Positions 27,801-42,372 of a stretch of 64,000 bases of DNA are shown here, one piece after another. A program made the translations under genes and the position numbers. The stretch lies in NCBI GenBank assembly GCA_951406725.2, contig OX597822.1, forward strand, positions 40,734,001 through 40,798,000, read 5' to 3'. The stretch is from Octopus vulgaris (Eukaryota). Position 1 is the first letter of the stretch; every line of letters starts with the position of its first letter. The notes below the pieces were generated by a model, which searched no databases, was not told the DNA's origin, and saw only the letters and a program-made list of their open reading frames with translations.

Positions 27801-28614
27801 CGAAATACAGTTACTTTATTTATCGACCCCGAAAGGATGAAAGGCAAAGTCGACCTCGGCTAGATGAGACAGACTGAGTCTATATATTCACAATAAATAT
27901 AGACAATGTATAGACAATGCCTACATATTCATAGTAATATAGACAGCATGTAGACAGGATCTATATATTAATTTCAAATTTTGGCACAATAATAATAAAA
28001 ATATTTTGTAGAAAATATTGTTTCTATTATTATTAAGGAAACGAGCTGACAGGGTCGTTGCAATGCCGAACAAAATGCGTACAGGTATTTCGTTCGGTTC
28101 TTTACTTTTTCAGGACAATTTTGTCTTTCATCTTTTCAGGGTCAGTAAAAGTGTGTAAATCAAGTGCTGGAGGGGGAGGGGTCAATAGTATCGACTACCC
28201 AACTCCCACGTTGCAGGCCTGGTACCAAAATTAGAAAGAATTATTATCGTTATTATTGTTGTTATTACGCCTGTGAAAACGCATGGCCTAGTGGTTAAGG
28301 AGTTGCACTCGAGATCGTGGTTTCAATTCCTAGGCTGAGTAGTGTGTTGTGTTCTTGAGCAAAACATTCCATTTCACGTTGCTCTTCGAACACTTCGACA
28401 CCTGACGCGTGGCACACAGTGCACCTGTTCAGACAACATCGATTTGATGGAGGGAGAGTGAGCTAATGTGCGGCACATACATTTGATTACTATAAACGAA
28501 TCATTTGTGCAGGTCCTTCGGCAAAAGCTGAACACTCATACGCCGTCTTCGACGAGAGATTCCATCTTTACGCCTGCCTTCTGATTTATTATTTTGACCA
28601 ATATTCGCAGTATT

Positions 28615-28659
<45 letters not shown>

Positions 28660-29499
28660 GTATCAACATATGTATATGTATGCGGACGTATATACGGCAT
28701 TATATTTTCTCTTTCTATCTCTCATTCTCTCTTTCTCTCTCTCTCGATATATATATATATGTATATACATTATGTGTGTGTTTGTACGTGTATGTTTTTC
28801 GTTTGTGCGCTTGTATATGCGTGTATTTGTTTATATACGTATGTGTGTGAACGCATATGTGGCGAAATAAGTCTCATTATGTATGTATAGCGCTTGTGTG
28901 TGTGTGTGTGTGTGTGTGTGTTGTATAGGTGCATGTATATGCAGTATAAATGTCAGTGCGTAATTAAAAAAAAACTGTGACGTGTGAGAAAATATAGTTT
29001 ATTTCCCCAGTTTTTTCTTCTCATTTAATTTGTAGAAATCCTTATACGAGTTCCAAGTACTTGACCTGTCTCCATCTCTCCCTACAGCATCCTTCAACAC
29101 CACTCTACATCTCTCATTGTGCCATCTTTCACTACCACACCCACCACCATTCTACATCTCTTCCTCTTTACATTATACCATCTCGCACCACAACCCTACA
29201 TTTCTCCCCCTAAACATTGCATCATTTCCCACACTAACCCTACATCTCTTCCTCTTCACATTATCCTACCATCTCCTACCATTACCCTTCATCTCTCCTT
29301 CTTCACATGACATGATCTCTCACCGCCACCCTAGTTCTCTCCTTCTTCACATTACACAGTCACTCACCGCAACCTATGCCCCTCCCTCTAATCCTTAAAC
29401 CATTCACCCTCCACCGCTGCCACCGTCATTATTCGGATGACTTCATTGTCTTCACTCCTACCATCACCCCAAAAGCAGTAATAACACCAGCAATAATAT

Positions 29500-30275
29500 T
29501 TTCTACTATAGGCTCGAAGCCTGAAATTTTGTGGGGATAGGGACTAATTGACTTCATCGACCCCAGAGCTCAATCTGTATTTATTTTAGCGATCCAGGAA
29601 GGATAAAAGAAAAAATCGGCCACGCCAGATTTTAAAAATCAGAACACAAAGATGGACAAAATGCCGAGCGGCATTTTGTCCGGAGTGGCACAATTTCGGA
29701 GGAGTGGTTTAGTCGATTACATCGACCTCAGTACACAACTGGTACTTAATTCATCGACCCCGATAAGATGAGAGGCAAAGTCAACCTCGGCGGAATTTGA
29801 ACTCAACGTAGCGGCAGTCGAAATACCTATTTCTTTACTACCCACAAGGAGCTACAAACAAAGGGGACAAACAAGGATAGATAAACGGATTAAGTCGATT
29901 ATATCGACTCCAGTGCGTAACTGGTACTTACTTAATCGACCCCGAAAGGATGAAAGACAAAGTCGACCTCGGCGGAATTTGAACACAGAACGTAGCGGCA
30001 GACGAAATACCGCTAAGCATTTCGCCCGGCGTGCTAATGACACTGCCTGCTCGCCGCGAATAACAATAATAATAACCCATTCTGCTATAGGTACAAGTAC
30101 TGAAATTTGGGGGAGGGCACTAGTCGATTACATCGACCCCATTCACTGGTACTTAATTTAGCTACCTCGAGATGATGAAAAGCAAAGTCAACCTCAGGAG
30201 AACTTACAGACGGATGAAATGACGCTAAGCATTCTAACGTCCGGCATTCTAACGATTCTGCTATCTTGCAGCCTT
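29500..30275 (-). mobile_element. Cluster of tandem/nested SINE family B copies (full-length one at 29828-30057)
   Basis: Four recurrences of the gtcgattacatcgacc...aaagtcaacctc...gaatttgaac blocks. Confidence 0.88.
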
Positions 30276-30303
30276 AATATTAATAATAATAATAATAATA
30301 ATA

Positions 30304-30834
30304 GGCTCTCATGGCTTCTGATCTTAACTGATTGGGAGTGTTATCATGTACATTGTTCTGTCTTGGTATAAAAGATGGGCTACAGCAAATATTCTGCTCA
30401 ATACCACAGATTTGCTTGTCAGTTGTTTGACTTTAACCAGTTGAGCATGTCCCTTAGTGGCTGACGATATGTGCATCTCTGATCACGAACAGAAGTAGTG
30501 GGGGAGCATCATAGCCATGTGTTGAGAGGGATTCTTTGGGGTTTGAATAATTCACCTCTGGAGACATGGGTGGGTTTTTCAACATCCTTAAACAACCCTT
30601 ATTCAGGGACCGTTTGAGCGGGATGGGCTACTCAACCTGAAGAAAATTCTAACTGGGCCCCACCTGCAAGGTCATGTGCAGTTTATCTTGATATGAGATC
30701 ACCATGCCGCGCACATATGGTTGTGATGCATGTGCCTGGTATGCCCTTATCAGACGGGTAGTCATGATGGGTATATTGGGCTTCGTATATTTTACCCCAG
30801 TGTCACTTTGATGGCATGAACTGCTCTCTCACTC
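30304..30834 (+). mobile_element. (AAT)n-associated retroposon, copy 2
   Basis: Flanked by (AAT)n on both sides, slightly 5'-truncated, same 3' end ctctctcactc. Confidence 0.9.
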
Positions 30835-30849
30835 AATAATAATAATAAT

Positions 30850-30922
<73 letters not shown>

Positions 30923-30980
30923 GCAACAGCAACAGCAACAACAACAACAATAATAATAATAGTAATAATAACAATAATAA

Positions 30981-31228
30981 GTCTTTTATTGGCCACAAGG
31001 GCTGACAAAAATGAATTAAAAACATGAAGGGACAAAACAGGACGAAAGGTTACAAAGGGTTTTGTCCGTTTGTGAAAAATCCGTGTAAAAAATGTGCAAT
31101 AACAACGAAAATAATAACAAATAAAACTCCCAAAAGGGGGAGGCGCTTCGAAAGGTTACACGTGGAAAAATCCATAAAAGCCACGGGAGCCTGGTCAAAA
31201 GGTGGGTAGAGAACCCCTTTCTCCTTTT
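30981..31228 (-). mobile_element. LINE 3'-end fragment (Tx1-like?) abutting (AAT/AAC)n
   Basis: Minus strand ends ...cagcccttgtggccAATAAAagac then (tta)n. Shares the terminal motif with 14978-15201. Confidence 0.5.
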
Positions 31229-31237
31229 GTAATAATC

Positions 31238-31450
31238 TTTTCTATTATAGGCACAAGAACTGAAATTGTGCTGGTGGAGCTAGTCGATTAAGATCGACCC
31301 AAGTGCTCTACTGCTATTTATGTTATCGATTCCGAAAGGATGAAAGACAAAGTCAACCTGTGTGGAATTTGAACTCAGAACATATAGACAGACGGAATGC
31401 CGCTAAGCATCGTGTAAGACGTGCTAACGATTCTGCCATCTTGTCGCCTT
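31238..31450 (-). mobile_element. SINE family B
   Basis: Reverse-complement match to the family B head and body. Confidence 0.85.
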
Positions 31451-31550
31451 AGCAACGGTGATAATAAAACCACTATATTCGACACGGGGGTCACCAGCCA
31501 TTAAAACCAAAACCATATCCAATCACTGCACACACCAAGACCAACTGCAT

Positions 31551-31772
31551 GGCACTTCGTCGGTTACGACGACGTGGGTTCCAGTTGATCCGATCGACGT
31601 AACAGCCTGCTCGTGAAATTAACGTGCAAGTGGCTGAGCACTCTATAGCCCCTTTGAAATACAGGTACTACTTATTTTTGCCGGCTGAGTGGACTGGAGT
31701 CACCGGGAATTGAAATCATAACTTTAAGATCGCGAGCTGAATGCTCTAACCACTAAGCCACCTACCTTCACA
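31551..31772 (-). mobile_element. SINE with family C tail, internally different
   Basis: ggcacttcgtcggttacgacgacg tail and a tRNA-like head (ctaaccactaagcca). Confidence 0.7.
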
Positions 31773-32308
31773 ACAGCAATACCCTCAACACCACCAACAA
31801 CAACAGCAATGCCCTCAGCTCCACCCGGCTAATGAGTGCAGGAGATAAAGCCGGGTGGTGAGAATTGGCCCAACATCACCATCATCCTCAGCGCACCACC
31901 AACACCACCAACATCGCCAACACCAGAAACAGCACTAACAGCTCCATTTTCAGCGCCATCAACCACGCCATCAGCACCACCTATACCATCCTCTACACCA
32001 TCAAAACCATCTTCAGCATCACCAACACCACCCTTAACGTCACCACAAACACCACCAGCCCCACCTTCTACACCGCCAACACGGTAACCACTGCATCACA
32101 AGCTTACTGGGAAACTCCAGTATGGTCGTTAGGCCTGCTAGAAAAAAGCAACCAAATCATCGTCGCATAATACTGTTCGGGGATAGTCACGGCTGGAATG
32201 GCTATAATCATGTCTGCTAGTGCAGGGCGGATTTCGAGGGTTGGGCGGGAGGGTGAAACACCAACACCATGTCCAACACTATAAATACAACCACCACCAC
32301 TATCAACG

Positions 32309-32425
<117 letters not shown>

Positions 32426-32643
32426 CACCACCGCCGCCGCCGCATACTATCACCATTATCTATGACGTCATCACCTATCTCGGAAGAAGTGGCGCCAACA
32501 GTATGACTGAACGGAAACAAAGACGTACAAACACGAGAAAAGAAAATCCACAGACACACAGTAAATACACGCATGCGCACACACACGCACGCACATACAC
32601 ACACATACACACACATATGCATGGGTATGCACACATATGCATG

Positions 32644-32728
<85 letters not shown>

Positions 32729-33192
32729 TATTATATGTATGTATGTATATGTGTGTATATGTGTATATATATAAATACATGTATATATGAATGTGTATGT
32801 ATATATCGATATATATATATATATATATATATAAATACAAATATATATACATATATATAAATGTATGTATATGTATGTATATATATTTATACATAAATAT
32901 GTGCGTGTGTGTATGAATATATGTATTATGAATGTATGTATGTATGTATGTATGTATGTATGTATGTATGTATGTATGTATGTATGTATGTATGTGTTTG
33001 TTTGCACACATATACCCAAATGTGGTTGAAGAGACCATTTTTCCAAGCTCAACCCAGTGGAGCCACTATTACAACACTTCACGTGAAAGGCTTTAATTAT
33101 ACGTAATTCCAACATCAAAGAATTTTTGCATTGAATAACGACAATGGTGATATCATCATCATTATCATCAGCATAATTACAATAATAATAAC

Positions 33193-33253
<61 letters not shown>

Positions 33254-33361
33254 TTAGTAGTAATAATAATCATCGGCATGGGGGTGATGATGATGATGAT
33301 GATGTTGCTGGTGATGGCGATGATGACATTAATGAAAATATTCCACTCCACTGCATTTTAT

Positions 33362-33427
<66 letters not shown>

Positions 33428-33874
33428 CGCCTCCCCTACAACTACAGCAGCTACTACTACCACCACCACCACCACCATTATCACACTACTACTACTACTA
33501 CTACTACTACTGATCATGATGATGATGATGATTATGATGATGATTTCGAATTTCGGCACAAGGCCATCAAGTTCGGTGTTTGGGGTGAGTCGATTACATC
33601 TACCCACAGAATTCAATTGATACTTATTTTATCAACCCCACATGGATGAAAGGCAAAATCGACCTTGGCGGAATTTGAACTCAGAACGTCATGGCGGTCA
33701 AAACAGCGCTCAGCTTTTTGCCTGGGGGGTGGGGGTGAATCATAAAAAATCCAGAAAACCACGATTCTTCTGACCACTAGTACTTATTTCATCGACCCCG
33801 AATGATGAAATTCAAAGTTGAACGGCATGGGATTTGAACACATAACACAATAAGCCCAAAATATACCACAAGTG

Positions 33875-34345
33875 AAACTTGAAAAATTTGAGATCTTGGC
33901 CAAAGACAAGATGTTTTAGTCTTCAGGTCTTTCAGTGTGGTCTACCATACAACCTCTTTCGCTATAATAACCAGACAGATAAACAGTGCCTATCCTTCCC
34001 AACCAAAGGAAGGTGGCTGGACAATCTTCCCAATGGACTTACCTTAAATTCGGATTTTTCCTTCTCGTGATAGCAGGTGTTTGACTTAACTCCATAAGTC
34101 AGCAATGGCCGTGCACTGGACGAATCGAGCAGAATAGTTTCATCGCTCTGTATGCATCTTGGGCAGATCTATCTGACAGCATTTCCGTATCTGAACAGTT
34201 TATCTAGAACCGGCAATGCTTCACGGTAGGACTTCCAGCCCAGGGATTTCAGAAAATTATCCATGGACTTCAACCCCCTAATCGTCCAGAACAGACTAAC
34301 CAGTTGAATTTCTCTGGCAGAATGTCGTCGCTCTTTCCGGGCACT
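33875..34345 (-). mobile_element. Tx1/L1-clade ORF2 C-terminal remnant (zinc knuckle)
   Basis: Minus-strand translation: DNFLKSLGWKSYREALPVLDKLFRYG..CPRCIQSDETIL../VQCTAIADLW.., then ..LFICLVIIAKEVVW. Contains stops and frameshifts. Confidence 0.7.
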
Positions 34346-35336
34346 ATCCCTCTATGGTTGAACTTCAATTCGACAGGTACGGACTTTAAGCCATTCGTCC
34401 TTTCGGAGTCGATAAATTAAGTACCAGTTGCGTACTGCGGTCGATCTAATCGACTCGCCCCGTCACCCAAAATTTCGGGCCTTGTGCCTAGAGTAGAAAA
34501 GAATATATGTGTGTGTATGTGTGTGTGTATGCGTGTGTGTGTGCGTGCGTGTGTGTGCGCGTCTGTGTATGTGTGAGAGTGTGCGTCTGTGTGTGAGCGA
34601 GTCTGTGTGTGAGTATGTGCGTCTGTGTGTGTTCGTCAGTGTGTGAGTGTGTGTGTGTGCAGTGTGTGCAGTGTGCGTATGTGTGCATCTGTGTGTGTGT
34701 GCGTCTTTATGTGTGTGAGAGTTTGTGTATATGTGCGTCCGTGTGTGTGTGTTTGTGTATATGTGCGTCTGTGTGTATGTGCGCGTGCGTGTGTCTGTGT
34801 GTATGTAAATACTTCACCTTGACCTTCTATCAAGCTGGCTTTCAGTATATCCTCTATTGTCCGTTCGTCTGTCCGCTTATCGATGTATGCTTTGTGTCAT
34901 TATTTATTCATAAATACATATTTCTCTTTACACAAATACACATTACACATACATGGACACATACACACGCATACACGCACTCACACACCTGTATATTAAA
35001 ACAGAAAAATTTGCTCCAACCGACACCCATTATTAGTTAATCATTCACAACTGGTCATGTCTAGTTAACTGACATTGTTAACATCCTGTATATATTCACA
35101 ATGGCTGACCGCTTCTCTACATTTCCTGTCTATGTGTACTTAACGCTACCCGTCTACCTATATCTTCTGGTCACTACGATCAATTGTACAAAATCGATAT
35201 ATCAACCAAGTCAGTTGCGATACACACACACAGTGTAAATACAAAGATACAATAAACGATATAAAACGACCACATATGATACACGAAGTTTAACATATGA
35301 GGAATTATCTTAACGTTTTGAAAAAGAGAGAAAATG

Positions 35337-35372
35337 TCTTAACGTTTCGGATGTTTATCCTTCATCTGAAGA
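35337..35372 (-). ncRNA. Degenerate minimal hammerhead motif
   Basis: tctt-CAGATGA-a-ggat-aaac-atcc-GAAA-cgTT-aaga. Stems I and II are perfect; U4 is changed to A. Confidence 0.6.
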
Positions 35373-35748
35373 AAGAAAAAGCATAGAGAGTGAGAAAGAG
35401 GAATAGTCAATGAGAGAAAGAACATGGAATAGTAACTGATAGAGGAAGAAAGAGAGAGTATAAAAACAGATAAATGTGGGTGTATGTGTATATTTATGTG
35501 CGCATACATTGCTTTATTGATGTTTTTTATAGTTGTTCCGTGGTTGTGTTTTCGCTGGTGTTCTATCCATTTTTCGAGGTGGGGTTGCTGTTGGCGAAAT
35601 GGGTTTTTGTTTCTTTTCCTTTGCCCGTTTGCTATGTTTTAGCCAGTTCCGATTCCTCTGCAAAATCAGAGGAAGATGACGGAGCTTGGTTGCTATGAGG
35701 GCACTTGTAACACTTGTATCGTGTTAGGAAGAGAACATTTTTGTAAGG

Positions 35749-35902
35749 TAGCGGTTCCCAAACTTTTCACTACCAAGGGCCCCTATTATTTAAATGAGTT
35801 TTCCCACGGACCCCAGGATATTGAACTTAACATGTTCACGGACCCCCAGTACTATCTTTGCGGACCACCAGGGGTTCACGGACACCAGGTTGGGAACCAC
35901 TG
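35749..35902. mobile_element. hAT (Charlie-like) MITE
   Basis: TIRs tagcggttcccaa / ttgggaaccactg with an 8-bp TSD ttgtaagg / ttgttagg. Confidence 0.85.
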
Positions 35903-36529
35903 TTGTTAGGCTTCCTCTTTACGAAGGTGGTGGTGGTAAATTCGTTCTGATGGTTGGTTTTCTGCATGCATAACACTAGCCATCTGCCTCTCAGATGTGC
36001 ATGTGAGTGTGTGTGTGTGTGTGCGTGCGAGCATGTGTGATGTGGTGTTGTGTAAATACAATGAACAGTAAAAGCAATATAAGAAGGATGAAGTTTCACC
36101 AGCCCTGATGCGTTCCTTGCATACCAAGTGTGTAGGAATAATAGAATGCTTATGTACACATAGTTTAGAGAAGTAGAAGCTGTCATAGGAGCGGTAATAG
36201 ATGGGACAGAGAAGCAGTCGGTCCATGTGAGAGTGAAAGTAGAATGTTGGAGGATGGATCTTCACAGAAACTCTTGTATATGTACGGTGAGTGATTTATC
36301 GTAGTCATGTATGTTTCTAAACTTGTGACTATTGCTGTTGTTATTATTTACTCTCACTTCACTTTGATCGAGAACAAAGTACTACTTACGTACTGGGGTC
36401 AATCTAATCGACCGGCCCCCTCCCCCAAAATTTCGGGCCTTGTGCCTAGAGTAGAAATAACTAATATATACCAACAATACAATTATTAACACTACTAAAA
36501 CTACCACCCATATACCTACTAACACTACA

Positions 36530-36923
36530 GGAAAAGGAAGGAAGCACTCCGTCGGTTACGACGATGAGGGTTCCGGTTGATCTGAATCAACGGAACAGCC
36601 TACTCGTGAAATTAACGTGTAAGTGGCTGAGCACTCCACAGACACGTGTACCCTTAACGTAGTTCTCGGGGATATTCAGCGTGACACAGAGAGTGACAAG
36701 GCCGGCCCCTTGAAATACAGGTACAACAGAGACAGGAAGTAAGAATGAGAGAAAGTTGTGGTGAAAGAGTACAGCAGGGATCACCACCATCCCCTGCCGG
36801 AGCCTCGTGGAGCTTTAGGTGTTTTCGCTCAATAAACACTCACAATGCCCGGTCTGGGAATCGAAACCGCGATCCTACGACCGCGAGTCCGCTGCCCTAA
36901 CCACTGGGCCATTGCGCCTCCGC
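36530..36923 (-). mobile_element. Full-length SINE family C
   Basis: tRNA-like head ggcgcaatggcccagtggttagggcagcggactcg..ggtttcgattccc. 12-bp TSD actaacactaca. Confidence 0.93.
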
Positions 36924-37593
36924 ACTAACACTACAACACCACTGCCTACACAAACATATTCGCTTGCATAAACAGCTGTCTCTTCAGATGATTCTATGAT
37001 CATTTGTTTCACAGTCACTGAACAAACTTCTTACCATCGAAATTGCGTGTGTAGAATGCATGTGAGTGTATACGCATATATGCACATATGCATGAATATA
37101 TATGTATATACGTATGTATATGTAAATGTCTATATCAAAAGCGTTAATCAACTAATGCTTGTTTTGTTTTCTTTTTATATATTTTTTTATTTTTCAGTAT
37201 TATGTTAATTAGCGATATACATCAGGGGTTTGTGAGTTCTCACCAGTCCTACGTTCCATTCGCTCGTAGGTCATGTATTATTGATGTAAGTGACAAGGTC
37301 GCGCATCACAATAATTGTTTAGAAAGGGACATAAATATTCAGTGACAGCGTATTGTCCAGTGGAGCAATGGGATTGGTGTGGTGTCCAGTCTCAAAGGGA
37401 TGTACCAGCAGATGACTTTTACTGTCAGTCCTCGTTCTCTGATTTGCATGTTGGCCACTGAAATATTGATGGTCCAGTGTTGCTGCTTCGGTGGCCCAGT
37501 AGGCATGAATATCAAGAAGTAGTAATACAACACATAGGTGGTGGTTTCAAATCTCTTCCAGAAATTACAAGCGATCTAGTTAAAAATTTCTAA

Positions 37594-37995
37594 GGCGGCG
37601 AACTGGCAGAATCGTTAAGCACGCCGGGCGAAATGCGTAGTGGTATTTCGTCCGCCGTTACGTTCTGAGTTCAAATTCCGCTGAGGTCGACTTTGTCTTT
37701 CATCCTTTCGGGGTCGACTAAATAAGTACCAGTTATGCACTGGGGTCGATATAATCGACTTAATCCGTTTGTCGGTCCTTGTTTGTCCTCTCTGTGTTTA
37801 GCCCCTTGTGGGTAGTAAAGAAATAGGTATTTCGTCTGCCGCTACGTTCTGAGTTCAAATTCCGCCGATGTCGACTTTGCCTTTTATCCTTTCGGAGTCG
37901 ATTAATTAAGTACAAGTTGCGTACTGGGGTCGATCTAATCGACTGGTCTCTTCCCCAAAAATTTCGGGCCTTGTGCCTAGAATAGAAAAGAATAT
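37594..37995 (+). mobile_element. SINE family B, partially dimeric
   Basis: A full unit followed by a second unit starting at ggtatttcgtc with the alternative tail (gggccttgtgcctagaatagaaaag). Confidence 0.9.
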
Positions 37996-38201
37996 TAATG
38001 GTCTAGTTATATGATTAGGAGGCCTGCGAGAAATAGCAGCCAAATAACCTAACGTCTTAGAAAAGTCATGGATGGTCATCGCTGGGATTCCTTTTATCGG
38101 ATCATAGATAAACAAGCAAAGTACTTGGTGTACTTTACGCAACATATACACTTGTCTGTGAATCATATACACACAAAAATATATACACAAATATATTCAA
38201 G

Positions 38202-38937
<736 letters not shown>

Positions 38938-38953
38938 TAGACAGACAGATAGG

Positions 38954-39018
<65 letters not shown>

Positions 39019-39179
39019 TCAACATTTTTCTCATCTCTATGTCATCTGCACTCTCTTCAGTCGATCTGTCTGCGCACACACAGACAAACATTACACAGGT
39101 CGAATCGTCAGTCAATCATTTTCTCTCCTACTCTCTTTCTCTGTTTCTCTCTCTCTCTCTCTGTCTCTCTGTCTCTCTC

Positions 39180-39210
<31 letters not shown>

Positions 39211-39283
39211 GACTCTCTTTCTGTCTTTCTTCCTTCCTTTCTTTCTTTCATCCTTCCTTTCTTTCTTTCTTCCTTCCTTTCTG

Positions 39284-39533
39284 ATCGATATAATCGACTT
39301 CATCCGTCTGTCTGTCTGTCCGTGTTTGTCTCCTCTGTGTTTAGCCCCTTGTGTGTAGTAAAGAAATAGGTATTTCGTCTGCTGCTACGTTCTGTTCAAA
39401 TTCCGCCAAGGTCGACTTTGCCTTTCATCCTTTCGGGGGTGATAAATTAAGTACTAGTTACGTACTGGGGTCGATGTAATCGACTTAATCCGTTTGTTTG
39501 TCCTTATTTTTCCCCTCTATGTTTAGCCTCTTG
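39284..39533 (+). mobile_element. SINE family B fragments
   Basis: Two partial units containing aatcgactt..gtttagcc. Confidence 0.8.
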
Positions 39534-39564
39534 TTGCTGCGCTTCCATCATGCTGTTCAACCTA

Positions 39565-40368
39565 GGTATTATGCATAAACACACTTGAAAATATTTTGCT
39601 CTCCTTCATAACAGAATGTAGCTTCTTACGTCTTTCATGATTTTCAACGAGCTTTAGCATCCAGTCGTTAGATGTTTCAAGATATTTTGCCAGTCCAGTT
39701 GTGGTGGTTTTGTAGGAGATTTCAAATTGGATCAAGCTTCGACCTCCTTGTGCTCTGGGTAGGCAAAGACGATCTGCGTCTGCCTTTGGGTAATGCATCT
39801 TATTGCATGTCAGCAGCCTACGGATTTTCCTGTCAACCTTCATTTCGCTCATATTCCGGTTCAACACAATGAAACTGTAAATAACAACCGGAACTGCTTA
39901 AGAATTTATAGCTAACACTTTGTTCCAGGCATTTAACTCGGATTTTCGGACAGCTCGAAGTCTCCTGTGACACTCCTTCCTGATCTTCTCTTTCATACTT
40001 GCATGCGGAATGCCGGAGCCCTCATTTATTCCGAGGTGTTTGTAAGTTTGTTTCTGCGCGAGTTCTTTTATGACTGTGGCAACATCCAACACTACTGAAT
40101 GTGAGGTCTTCAATTTTCCTTTCTGGAAAGATGCCTTGGCACATTTGTCAATACCAAATTCCATCCTAATGTCATCACTGAATTCTTTCACAGTACGTAG
40201 TAGTCCTTCAATCTCATTATCGTCCTTGCCACAGAGTTTTAAGTCATCCATATAAAATAGATGATTTATTTTCTTGTCTCCAATTTTATATCCGTACCCT
40301 GTTCTGTTAAGTTCACTTGTAAGGGGTATAAGGGCTATGCAGAAAATTAATTATGAAAGTGAGTCACC
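39565..40368 (-). mobile_element. R4/Dong-clade non-LTR retrotransposon RT fragment
   Basis: GDSLS*LIFCIALIPLTSELNRTGYGY..INHLFYMDDLKL..FSDDIRMEFGIDKCA..YKHLG..HYPKADADRLCLPRAQGG. Begins directly after (AAT)n. Confidence 0.92.
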
Positions 40369-40393
40369 TATTATTATTATTATCATTATTATT

Positions 40394-40438
<45 letters not shown>

Positions 40439-40530
40439 GCTGTTGTTGTTGTTGTTATATTACTCTTATTATTATTATCATTATTATTATTATCATTAGT
40501 ATTATTATTTTTGTTATTATTATTATTATT

Positions 40531-40889
40531 GAGTGAGAGAGCAGTTCATGCCATCAAAGTGACACTGGGGTAAAATATACGAAGCCCAATATACCCATCA
40601 TGACTACCCGTCTGATAAGGGTACACCAGGCACATGCATCACAACCATATGTGCGCGACATGGTGATCTCATATCAAGATAAACAGCACATGACCTTGCA
40701 GCTGGGGCCCAGTTAGAATTTTCTTCAGGTTGAGTAGCCCATCCCACTCAAACGGTCCCTGAATAAGGGTTGTTTAAGGATGTTGAAAGAACCACCCATG
40801 TTTCCAGAGGTGAATTATTCAAACCCCAAAGAATCCCTCTCAACACATGGCTATGATGCTCCCCCACTACTTCTGCTCGTGATCAGAGA

Positions 40890-40890
<1 letters not shown>
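40531..40890 (-). mobile_element. (AAT)n-associated retroposon, copy 3 (5'-truncated)
   Basis: Reverse complement of the 3' 360 bp. (ATT)n on both sides. Confidence 0.9.
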
Positions 40891-40955
<65 letters not shown>

Positions 40956-40995
40956 GATTATTACTTATTATTATAGTGCATTGTTATATCCTATA

Positions 40996-41374
40996 ATGTG
41001 GAGGCACAATGGCCCAGTGGTTAGGGCAGTGGACTCGCGGTCGTAGGTTTCGATTTCAAGGCCAGGCGTTGTGAGTGTTTATTGAGCGAAAACACTTAAA
41101 GTTCCACGAGGCTCCTGCAGGGGTGGGGTTGACGAACCCTACTGTACTTTTCCACCATAACTTTCTGTCACTCTTTCCTCCTGTTTCTGTTGTACCTGTA
41201 TTTCAAAGGGCCAGCCTTGTCACACTATGTCACGCTGAATCTCCCTCGAGAACTACGTTAAGGGTACACATGTATGTGGAGTACTCAGCCACTTGCACGT
41301 TAATTTCACGAACAAACTATTCCGTTGATCGAATCAACTGGGACCCTCGTCGTCGTAGACGACGGAGTACCACG
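40996..41374 (+). mobile_element. Full-length SINE family C
   Basis: Head-to-tail match to 36530-36923; 10-bp TSD atatcctata. Confidence 0.93.
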
Positions 41375-41622
41375 ATATCCTATACAGTTATCAATGTTAT
41401 AATATTTTATATAGTATTCTACATATATATTCTATATTACATTGTTAAATAATATCATTTGATATAATAATAAAAAACCCATTATCCATCTGTTTAGAAG
41501 CACATGGTGCGTTATTGTTGATTCAAATCTTTAGATTGTCATCTTTTATTTAAAACTATATTATCAATTTTAGTTTATTATTAGATGCCACGCTCGTAGT
41601 CTTCTGATTATATCTGGGTCTG

Positions 41623-41930
41623 TTTCGATACAACACTTCGGTTTTTATACCCTTTACCAGAACGGTCTTTAGATTCTCTCCCACAGAGGAATTACAAAAC
41701 AAAGAAACTCTTGGTGAAAAACGCAAGCTTGTTATTAAAGGCTTTTCAAATAAATTAGTTGACCAAATTATAAAACAATGCTGGAACGAATTCAATGTAA
41801 TATATGCAAAAGAAACATTTAGATAAAATAATACAAAAAACAAAACATGCAAAGAATATTATATGAGCCAATTCAATCTTGTCTTTAGAATAGAACAGAT
41901 GAATATGGGATCAAAAATCTCATTAAAATG
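41623..41930 (+). mobile_element. Probable Penelope-like RT C-terminal/linker remnant
   Basis: FRYNTSVFIPFTRTVFRFSPTEELQNKETLGEKRKLVIKGFSNKLVDQIIK resembles the PLE pattern K..I..L..RA.R.....F..E......L..NG(F/Y)P...I. Recognised by eye. Confidence 0.5.
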
Positions 41931-42156
41931 GAACATAACATATATTAGTGCCATGTGACTTAATAGACGAATTCTTAAAATCGAGAATGGAACTATAGTA
42001 TTACTTGTTGCAGTCAGAATAATAAAAATAAAACTTTGTAATTAGATACACATAAAACCCATTAAGCACATCTTGATTCATGGAAGCGATACATTTATTC
42101 ATTAATAGAGATCTTCAACTAACAAATAATATAGCTGTTGGGTCTATGATCAATGC

Positions 42157-42372
42157 TTCTATGAAATAGGCACACACAAAGAAAGCATCTCGAATTTAAC
42201 CATACAAAGAAATGCTGTGACAATAGCAACACAACTGAACTCCCTTTATATCCTAAACAACACAGACCAGCACACATATATACCTTACCAAGGCAACTCT
42301 TCCTCAGATACAGCGTTCTATTTCGATACCCTTCAGCTACAATTGGTAAACAATAGTGCGGCTGTCCTGTGA
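42157..42372 (+). mobile_element. Possible AP-endonuclease remnant of a LINE
   Basis: LNSLYILNNTDQHTYTPYQGNSSSDTAF resembles the LN...T......S..D motif. Weak. Confidence 0.3.

Noticed and set aside
29500-30275. Regularly recurring gtcga-palindrome blocks resembling a CRISPR-like array
   Set aside because: These are stacked SINE B copies in eukaryotic DNA, with no constant repeat/spacer structure and no cas genes.
31836-32170. Pro/Thr/Ser-rich mucin-like ORF
   Set aside because: Degenerate (CAC/CAA/CAT)n repeat, open in several frames.
36845-36921. tRNA-like sequences at SINE heads
   Set aside because: A/B boxes are present but fused to SINE bodies with TSDs and no complete cloverleaf, so they are not tRNA genes.
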